A stretch of DNA of 64,000 nucleotides from an uncultured Actinomycetes bacterium (GTDB lineage: Bacteria > Actinomycetota > Acidimicrobiia > IMCC26256 > PALSA-610): positions 72,251-136,250 of the forward strand of contig CAWIJC010000004.1 of NCBI GenBank assembly GCA_963836365.1. Reading direction: 5' to 3'. The translations under genes were made by a program, and so were the position numbers. Of this stretch, positions 56,159-64,000 are shown piece after piece. Each line of letters starts with the position of its first letter. Position 1 is the first letter of the stretch. Below the pieces are notes generated by a model. That model saw nothing but the letters and a program-made list of their open reading frames with translations, was not told the origin of the DNA and made no database searches.

Positions 56159-57557
56159 TCAGGCGCCGAAGCCGGGGGGCGGTTCGTAGCCGCCGAGCAC
56201 GTCGCGCAGCAGCCGCGCGACGTGGACCGAGCGCCGATCGTGCAGGTACGGCGACACGATCTGCATGCCGAACGGCAGCCCGGCGGCGGTGCGGCCGATC
56301 GGCACGACCGCCGACGGCAGCCCGACCACGCCGATCAGGCCGGTCCAACCGATCAGCTCGATGTACGCCGCGCGTTTCGCCGTTGATCTCGACCGTCCGC
56401 GTCGTCATGTCGCCTTCGTGATTGTGGCGAATCGCGGGCACGGGCATCACTGGGCACAGCAGCACGTCGAAGTCGGCGAACCACTCGGCCCAGCCGGCGC
56501 GAAGCGCGGCCCGTTGCTCGTCGGCGCGCAGCCACGCGAGGTGCGAGCCCGACATCGCCTCCGCGATCTCGGCGTCGAGACTCGGCGAGATGGCGGGCAC
56601 GATCAGTTGGTTGAACAGGCCGAGTTGCGTGGCGAACTCGATCGCCGGATGCGCCTCTTCGACCTTCGCGCCCGCGTCGGCGATCCGATCGGCTGCACTC
56701 GTGAGCAGCGCGACGCATTCGCGCTCGACGCGGCACGCGGGATCGTCGAACCACGTGCCGACGCGAAAGTCGGTGAGCGATGTGCCGGTCGGCGCGGGCA
56801 ACTCGAGACGCCACGCGTGCTCCCGCTCCGGTTCCGGGCCCGCGAGCACACCGAGCAACAGGTCCAGGTCGTCAGCCGAGCGCGCGATCGGACCGAACAC
56901 GTTGATGTCGGGATCGGTGGTGCCGCCGCCGACGTGATCGAGATAGCCGCGCTGGGGCACAACGCCGAAGCTCGGCTTCAGTCCGTACACGCCGCAAGAG
57001 TGTGCCGGCATGCGTACCGAACCGCCGATGTCGGTGCCGAGCTCGAAGCTCGTGAATCCGCAGGCGACCGCGGCCGCCGCGCCACCCGACGAACCGCCCG
57101 GCGTCCGGTCGAACGCCCACGGGTTGTTCGTCGTGCCGAACATCTCGTTGTAGCTCTGCAAGTCGCCCGACCAGCGCGGCAAGTTCGTCTTGGCGAACAC
57201 GACCGCGCCGGCGCGCTTCAGCCGCGCGACCGCGGGCGCGTCGGCCGCCGGCACGTGATCGGTGAGCTCGATCGCGCCGCCAGTCGAGCGGATGCCCTCG
57301 GTCTCGATCGCATCCTTGATCGTGATCGGCAATCCGTGCAGCGCGCCGAGCACCTCGCCGCGTGCTGTCTGTTCGTCGGCTTCCGCCGCCGATCGGCGCG
57401 CCCGCTCGATGTCGAGCGTCGCGATCGCGTTGATCGGCCCGCCCAATCGTCCGATGCGATCGAGGTAGAGGTCGAGCAATTCGCGGCTCGACAGCTGCTT
57501 CGTGCGAATCGCCTCCGCCAGGCGGACGGCCGGCCAGATTGCTACGGCGTCATCCAT
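56159..57557 (-). CDS. Amidase signature family enzyme (frameshift near 56370)
   Basis: Motifs PITIKD, GGSSGG and GTDIGGSVR, plus GLPFGMQIV in a shifted frame. Confidence 0.93.
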
Positions 57558-57657
57558 GCCGCGGACACTACTCACGCACATGACGCGCCGATCGGGGATG
57601 TGTGGTCGAGCGCCGCCGCGAGCCGGCGCGGTAGGGAAAACCGAGGAAACTAGGCGG

Positions 57658-58893
57658 ATGCCTTGGCGCCGAGCGACGCTCCAGCTGAGCGGCTGGTCGA
57701 TCGTGGCGCTCGTGCTGGTGTCGTTCTGCATCAACGCCGGCGTGCGACTCCCGTGCCGCGACGCGTGCGGTTCCGACATCGGTCGCATGTACGAGGACCG
57801 CGGGATCGATCGGCACCACGCGCCCTACTTCGACCGTGAGCTCGAGTATCCGCCGGTCATCGGATTGGTCATGTACGTCGCCGGCTACCCGTTCGCTGCG
57901 GGGTTGCGCGGCAAGTTCCTCGTCAACGTCGTGCTGCTCGCGTCGCTCGCGGCGATCACGACGTGGATGCTGTGGCGCCGGTACGGCCAACGGACAAGGC
58001 GCTGGGCGCTCGCGCCACCGTTGTTCATCTCGGGCTTGACCAACTGGGACTTGCTCGCGGTCGCGCCCGGCACGATCGGCCTCTTGCGATGGCAGGCGGG
58101 GGACGCCGTGCTCGCCGGCGCGCTGATCGGCGTCGGGGCGTGCGCCAAGTTGTTCCCGACGCTGTTCGTCCCGATCCTGGTCGCGGCGTGCGCACCCGGC
58201 CGCGACTGGCAGCGGGCCCGCGAGTTTCTCGTGGCGGCGGCGATCGGATTCGGCGTGTTCGCGCTCCCGGTCTACATCGCCGCGCCCCACGCACTTCGCT
58301 TCTTCCTCGAGTTCCAGAGCGTGCGGGGGCCGTCGCGCGGGTCGCTCTGGTTCTACGCGTTCCGCTGGCCGTCGATGGAGCTGTGGCTCCCGCGCCACGT
58401 GATGGTCGACGTCGTCAACGTCCTCGCCGCCAGTCTCGCGATTGTCGCTCTCGCGGTGTTGTCGGGCTACACGGCGCGCCGGCAATTGACGCCTATCGCC
58501 GCGTGCGCGCTCGCGACGTTCGCGTTCGTCGTCACGAACAAGATCTACTCACCGCAGTACGACCTGTGGCTCGTGCCATTCCTCGTGATGCTGCCCGTTC
58601 GCACGAAGCTGGTCGTGCACTTCTACGTGAGCAGCTTCCTCGCTTTTGTCTTCGTCGTCATCGAAGCGCACATCTTCGGCCGTCCGTATTCCTTGTACCT
58701 CGTGCTCGCAGGGGTGCTCTACAGGCTCACCGTGCACGTCCTGATCGCGCGCGAGATCTGGACGCTCGGCCGCTCAGCCGTTGACGACCGAAGCGGGCAG
58801 CGCGGCGACGCGGCGGCGAACACCCGCGCGATCGACTCGATCGTCGTCTCGCCGGCGATCCGGGGCTGCACCGCCTTGGCGGTCCCGAAGTAG
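57658..58893 (+). CDS. GT87-like (GT-C) membrane glycosyltransferase
   Basis: Motifs SDI..Y..RG, EYPPVIG, NWDLLAV, KLFP and NKIYSPQY.LWL; multiple TM helices. The 3' end is uncertain because it overlaps a convergent gene. Confidence 0.82.
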   Translation: MPWRRATLQLSGWSIVALVLVSFCINAGVRLPCRDACGSDIGRMYEDRGIDRHHAPYFDRELEYPPVIGLVMYVAGYPFAAGLRGKFLVNVVLLASLAAITTWMLWRRYGQRTRRWALAPPLFISGLTNWDLLAVAPGTIGLLRWQAGDAVLAGALIGVGACAKLFPTLFVPILVAACAPGRDWQRAREFLVAAAIGFGVFALPVYIAAPHALRFFLEFQSVRGPSRGSLWFYAFRWPSMELWLPRHVMVDVVNVLAASLAIVALAVLSGYTARRQLTPIAACALATFAFVVTNKIYSPQYDLWLVPFLVMLPVRTKLVVHFYVSSFLAFVFVVIEAHIFGRPYSLYLVLAGVLYRLTVHVLIAREIWTLGRSAVDDRSGQRGDAAANTRAIDSIVVSPAIRGCTALAVPK

Positions 58894-59679
58894 AGACCCA
58901 GTAGCACGCGGCCGCGGCGCAGGTAGACGGCGACAGTGTGCGAGCGCATGCCGGCCGCGTCGGTCGTGGTGATGTCGAAGGCGATCCGCTCGACCTTGGC
59001 GAAGGGCGGCCATGATCGATCGGGCGCGTCCCCGAACTTCGTGCGCAGCGCCGCGGCACCCGTCGGGCTCGGTACCAGTCGGTCGGGACAGTCCTTGAGC
59101 AGCGCGCGCAGCTCGGCGAAGGCCTGCGCGGTATCGGCGGGTTTGCCGTAGAGCACGGCTTCGGTGCTGAGCACCATTGTCGTGTTCCTGTCGACGGCGA
59201 CGACCTGCCGACGCGCGGTGCGCAGGCGCTCACTCGGGAACGTGCCGTTGCAAAGATCGAGTGTGGGGTCGGCCGTCGTGTCGCCGCCGCGAAGCAGCGT
59301 CACGAAGATGCGCGCGCCGACGTCGCTCTGTTGTACGTTGAGAGCACCGAGCGCCGCTTCGTCCGGATCGACGACCGATCTTCCCGGCGAGCGCGGGACG
59401 GTACGGCCGCTCGACCCGGAGCCGTTCCCGTTCCCTCCGCCGACCGCGGTGTCGAAGTCCTTCGTCGCGCGGCAGGTTGTACGTGACCGCGAACCCCGTC
59501 ACTGCCGCGACGAGCATCATCACCACGAGCGCGACGATCGCGGCACCGTACCCGCGCCCACGCGCCGGCCGGTTCGGCGCCGGTGGCGCTCCTGGCGGCG
59601 GTGCCCCGCCCGCGGGCGGCGGCGGCCACGAGCGGTGCGCGACGTCGAGGGTTTGCAGGTCGGGGTGTTCGTGGCTCAT
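58774..59679 (-). CDS. Hypothetical membrane-anchored extracytoplasmic protein (frameshifted)
   Basis: Pro-rich N-terminus, one TM helix, then PTLDLCNGTFPSE..R..RRQV with a second Cys (sensor-like fold). Confidence 0.6.
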
Positions 59680-59779
59680 GGCGTCGCGAGCTCCGCCGGT
59701 CGCTGGCTCATCAAGCTCCCATCGTCGGGCCGCGGGCCCGGACGAGCTTCGCGGCACCAGCTGAAGGCCCGCTGTGTCG

Positions 59780-61362
59780 TCAGGCAGCGTGTCTCGGCGA
59801 TACGGCGTCGAGGACCTCGGGCATGCGACCCGAGAGATACCCGCCCGCGCGGTGCATGCCGAGCGACCACGCCGCGCCGCCGTACGACGTGACTGCCACG
59901 ATCGACAGCGGCGTCGCGGCTGCGAGGGGCAGCGTGTGCAGCGCGATCGTGACGACGATGGCCGCCGGGATCAGCAGGACGGCGTCCACGAGCAAGGCAC
60001 TGAGCGCGGCGATCCCGCCGACGCAGCCTTGGCCGGGATTGCCCGCGAGCGGGTTCCGCCGATCGGGCAGTGCATACGGTGCCCATACCGACACCATGTT
60101 GCCGATCGCGAGGATCACACCCAGCATTCCGGGCACGAGACCGATCGTGAGCGGCACGTAGGACCATCCGCCGGTGATCGCCGCGGTCAGCGCCGCCGGC
60201 ACGGCGACGAGCGGCACGACGATCACCGCGGTCGCGATGTTCTTGCCGAGGAGCTCCGAACGCGCGTCATTGCCGGCCGACACGGCCGACCAGAGTGCGG
60301 CGCCGTCGAGGCCGAACTGGTTGAGCGTGAGCCCCGACGCCGGCAGCAACGCGACCAGCGCGAGCAACGTCGACGATGCCGGTCGCGCGTCGAGCTCCCG
60401 CAACGTCGTGAACAGGAAGAGCCCGGGAACGATCAGGGCGGCGAACAACGGCGCACGCCGGCGCGGATCACGCGCGTAATATCGCAGTTCCTTCGCGGCG
60501 ACCGCGCCCACGTGATTGTGGGGAAGGAACGGGAGCACGCGCTGGAAACAGCGACGCCCGCCCCGCGCGCGCCTGTTTGCGTCCCGGAGTCGCGAGGTCC
60601 GACGACGTCATCGCGCGGGATCAGGTGCGACCACAGTACGAGCAGCGCGCCGATGAGCAGCGCCAACGCGGCGAGCATCGCGCATGCCGCGGCGACGTGG
60701 CCCATGCCCGCCTCCGATACGGCCACGCCACCCCAGCCAAACGGTGTCCAGCGCACACGCGATGCGATGTGATGCACGGTTTCGCTCGTGTGGCGGTTGC
60801 CCGCGTCCGCGCCGAACAGCCGGAACGATTGGGGTACGAACGCGGCGAGGACGATGAACATCACGATCAGGTCGCGTCCCCGTCTCGACCGCAACAGCGG
60901 CGCAAGCGTCGCGATCAAGGTGCGTGACGCCACGATGCACAGCAGGAACGTCGCTGCGATCGCGCCGACGATCAGCAACGCCTGCAGTGGATCGTGCGCG
61001 AGGCCGAAGAGTGCACCGCACAACGCACACGCGGTTGCGATCGGGGCGACTCCGACGAGCGCGGCGGCGAGCAGCCCGCGCAGGAGCTGGCCGCGCCGCA
61101 ACGGCAACAGCGCCAGCCGCTGCGGGTCGAGTGTCTCGTCCGTGCCGAACCCGAGCAGCGGCACGACCGTCCACGCGAGCGTGATCGCGGCGAAGACGAC
61201 GAGCGTCGCGTCGGGTGCGATCGGGTCGGTGCGCAGGGCGGCGAGCAGCGCGAATCCGCCGAGCGCGAGCGCGCCGGCGCCCGCGGTCCCGATCGAGAAC
61301 AACACCGCGAACTGCGGCGTGCGCAAACCGTTGCGCAACAAGCGGAGCTTCAGGCGGGCAAA
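59780..61362 (-). CDS. ABC-2 type permease (frameshift near 60540; native start separated by an insertion)
   Basis: Motifs FARLKLRLLRNG, DETLDPQRLALLP, KELRYYARDP and NQFGLDG. Confidence 0.85.
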
Positions 61363-62192
61363 GTTGTAGGAACTGCTTCGGGTTCGTTTGGTGGTGGAAC
61401 CCGTGTGCTGAGAGGCGTTGCTCATCGGGGCGGTTTCCGGCTGCTCGAGGATCCGACGTCGACGGTCCTGTCCCGGCGGTCCCCGCGCTCGCCCGGGCCG
61501 CACACGACCACGGCGCGCGACACGGGTGGGTCCGCCCCGACGTGACGGTTGTGCTTCCCGCGCGGCACGCCGGGCACGCGGCCGGTCAGCAGTCGCTGCG
61601 CGAGATCACGAGCGAACACGTCGCTGACGTCCGGCCGGCCGAGGCGCGCCCGCAACACGCTGATCGCGTTCCAGGCCTGCGCAACGCGCAGCTGCGGAAC
61701 CTGCAACTCACCGACGTCCGCGACGGCCGCATGTTCCTGCCCGCCAGCGCGGTCGTCGTCGTCGCCGAGCCAGTGCGCGACCGTGTTCGCCCCTGGCTCG
61801 ACGAACGTGCTCGACGCGGGCCGAACACCGCCAACCCCCACCTGTTCGTCAACTTCCACACGGCGATCCGGACCTGTCCCGTCAGCCGAGGCTGGATCAG
61901 CACCACCCTCGGCTTCTCCCCACAGAAGCTGCGAGAGGACCGCATCCTCCACGAGGCCCTCGCCACCGGCGGCGACGTCCGACGCCTCTGCGACCTCTTC
62001 GGCCTCACCGTCGGAGGCGCCGAACGCTGCACAGTCACCGTCACTCACCCGGACCTCGAATCCGCCAACCGTTGAACGTCGCGCCACACACCCGCCGGTT
62101 CGTGAACCCAAGGATCCACACACGCGGACCACCGCCTACTCACCCTGGGTTCGCTGCTCTCGGTCCTTCAGAAATCGTGAACTCATGGCTCT
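61363..62192. mobile_element. Internally deleted recombinase-type element inserted between the ABC ATPase and permease
   Basis: Removing it restores GTG GCT CGG CA|C TTT GCC CGC CTG AAG (MARHFARLK) on the minus strand. GGTTC/GAACC motifs cluster at both ends, and it carries an integrase-like fragment. Confidence 0.7.
61650..62075 (+). pseudogene. C-terminal fragment of a tyrosine-recombinase-like protein
   Basis: GLR..QLR.LQL.D, NPHLFVN and LREDRILHEALATGGDVRRLCDLFGL; the expected terminal Tyr reads as Cys (AERC). Confidence 0.6.
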
Positions 62193-62955
62193 TGCCGAGC
62201 CACGAGAGCTCCTGACGGCTCGTCGGCTCGCCGACGAGCGAGACGAACGCGTCTTCGAGCGTCCCGCTCCCGCGCAGCGCGTCGAGCGGCCCGGCCCAGA
62301 GGATCGTGCCTTGCGCCATCACCGCGACGTGGTCGCACATCCGTTCGACGAGCTCCATCACGTGGCTCGAGAACACGATCGTGGAACCGGTCGCGGTGAA
62401 GTGCTCGAGGAGGTGCCGGACCGCGCGCGCCGACACGGGGTCGATGGCCTCGAAGGGCTCGTCGAGGAACAACACCCGCGGTCCGTGCAGGAGCGCGGCG
62501 GCGAGCACGAGCTTCTTGCGCATGCCGTGGCTGTAGTCGACGACGAGTGCATCAGCGGCGTCCGTCAGTCCGAGGAGGTCGAGCAACTCCTCGGCGCGGT
62601 TCGCGACGACCTCGGGCCGCATGTTGCGCAGCGCGCCGTGGAACGTGAGCAGCTCGCGGCCGGTCAACCGTTCGAACAGGGCGAGATCTTCGGGCAGCAC
62701 GCCGATGCGCGCTTTGGCGGCCACCGGATCGGCCCACACGTCGACGCCGTCGACCCACACCCTCCCGGCGTCGGGTCGCAGCAAACCGGTCGCCATCCGC
62801 AGCGTCGTGGTCTTGCCCGCGCCGTTGGGGCCGACGATGCCGAAGAACGCGCCCGGGGCGACGTCGAGCGTGATCTCCTCGACCGCCACCTTCGCACCGA
62901 ACGCCTTGCGCAGCCCCCGTGCCGCCAGCGCCGTGCCCACCCGTGCATCCCCCAC
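62140..62955 (-). CDS. ABC ATPase (ABC-2 exporter); the last ~17 codons come from the insertion
   Basis: Motifs GPNGAGKTT, YSHGMRKK, LDEPFE, SSHVME and LSWLG. TAGTCT lies 6 nt before the GTG. Confidence 0.92.
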   Translation of the reverse strand: MGDARVGTALAARGLRKAFGAKVAVEEITLDVAPGAFFGIVGPNGAGKTTTLRMATGLLRPDAGRVWVDGVDVWADPVAAKARIGVLPEDLALFERLTGRELLTFHGALRNMRPEVVANRAEELLDLLGLTDAADALVVDYSHGMRKKLVLAAALLHGPRVLFLDEPFEAIDPVSARAVRHLLEHFTATGSTIVFSSHVMELVERMCDHVAVMAQGTILWAGPLDALRGSGTLEDAFVSLVGEPTSRQELSWLGKSHEFTISEGPRAANPG

Positions 62956-63046
62956 GGTGAGAGACTACGGGATGGGAGGTAATGACCTGTTTATGGCTTT
63001 CTGAGCGCCGGTGGAGTGCCGTCCGGGCTCCGTTGGACCTGGACCG

Positions 63047-64000
63047 CTATCGCAGCGCGAAGTAACCCGGTACCTCGTCGTGCGGCGTGTCCAGATACAC
63101 CTTGGCTTCGGGTGGCGCCGCGAGGCGTCCGTGACTCCAACGCACCTCCACGTGGCCGCGCACGACGCGCACGGTGCGGTCGTCGCGGTCGCGTACCGAC
63201 GCCTGCCATGCGACGATCGGTTGGCCGCCGGCGCGCGCTTCGACGTCGAAGGTGCGGAGCTCGAACTTCTGGCGCCAGTCCCACGGTGTCGCGATGCGCA
63301 ATCGCAAGAAGCCACGCGGCGACGCGCCGAGCACGAAGTACGGCGCGCTGTGGATGCGCAAGAGCCGCCACAGCATCGGCTCCGCCGCGTCGCATACGGC
63401 GTCGTTCCAGCGGCGCGCCGACTCGACCGCACTGCGTTCGACGAGCGCGCGGTAGTGCTCGATGGTGCCGGCGGGCCAGCCGTCGCGCAGCGCGAGACCG
63501 AGCGCTCGTCGCTGTACGGTATCGAGTTCGCACATGTCGTCGGGGAGTCGTACGTCGCGTCGTCCGTTCCGCACGGCGTCGTAGAGCGCGCGGTGTTCGT
63601 CGGGCGCAACCTCTTGGAACCAGTCGCCACCGCGTCGACCTTGCCCGCCGGCGAGCAGCCGGTCGAACAGATGGTGCGGCGACGCGTTCACGACGATCCG
63701 CGACAGATACTTGCAACTGACGAAATACACGTGATCGACGCGCAGGTCGGCCGGCACGACCTCGTCGCCCGGCGCGCGGTGAGCGCCCTTCCACTCGACG
63801 AGCGCCGGGATGCGCCCGCGCAACGCGTCAGCTGCGCGGAGGAAGCGAGCCCCGTTCATGAACGCGGCTGCGAAGACGTCGGGGTGTCGTCCTTCCTTCC
63901 ACGCGCGCGTCAACGTTTCCCACACTGCGGGGGTGACGTTGCCAATGCGGTCGGGGCGGCGCCGCGAGCGCGTGCTCGAGATCATCGGCGCCGAGCATTC
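63047..64000 (-). CDS. Hypothetical protein with a PD-(D/E)XK-like motif (5'-partial)
   Basis: Long ORF running off the window; PADLRVD...VSCK motif. Confidence 0.65.
   Translation of the reverse strand, partial: ECSAPMISSTRSRRRPDRIGNVTPAVWETLTRAWKEGRHPDVFAAAFMNGARFLRAADALRGRIPALVEWKGAHRAPGDEVVPADLRVDHVYFVSCKYLSRIVVNASPHHLFDRLLAGGQGRRGGDWFQEVAPDEHRALYDAVRNGRRDVRLPDDMCELDTVQRRALGLALRDGWPAGTIEHYRALVERSAVESARRWNDAVCDAAEPMLWRLLRIHSAPYFVLGASPRGFLRLRIATPWDWRQKFELRTFDVEARAGGQPIVAWQASVRDRDDRTVRVVRGHVEVRWSHGRLAAPPEAKVYLDTPHDEVPGYFALR

Noticed and set aside
58719-58893. Long convergent overlap between the GT87 gene and its neighbour
   Set aside because: It is probably inflated by an indel near 58810, so neither 3' end is reliable.

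Overview
High-GC actinobacterial chromosome segment, probably Acidimicrobiia (inferred from gene order and content), that spans the replication origin. Bases 1-31.5 kb are the conserved oriC neighbourhood: padR-ino1, cca, pilT, an HDAC/GNAT pair, DUF6049-murJ-degV-sigM-antisigma, trxB-trxA-cwlM, parB-parA with two parS sites, rsmG-jag-yidC-yidD-rnpA-rpmH, dnaA-oriC-dnaN-recF-dciA-gyrB-gyrA-DUF3566 and tRNA-Ile. The rest is accessory DNA. It holds a degenerate metallophosphoesterase fused to an MprF/LysX-type synthase, a mosaic of gene fragments, tRNA-Ala with a ~950 bp island remnant (phased arm-type repeats, a duplicated tRNA 3' end and a PIN gene), FkbM, an OtrA-like ribosomal protection GTPase with an overlapping uORF, and an Nfu_N-HEAT protein. 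It also holds a tightly coupled 12-kb envelope/metal module (type VII ABC, two beta-propeller lipoproteins, UppP, COG4280, ZIP and a two-component system), an amidase, a GT87-like glycosyltransferase, an ABC-2 operon split by an ~830 bp degenerate recombinase-type element, and a candidate PD-(D/E)XK protein. Many genes, including essential ones (gyrA, gyrB, dnaN, parB, murJ, cca), carry frameshifts. These most likely reflect long-read indel errors, so merged coordinates are given and apparent fusions or pseudogenes need caution. All family assignments come from reading motifs by eye; no database searches were run.
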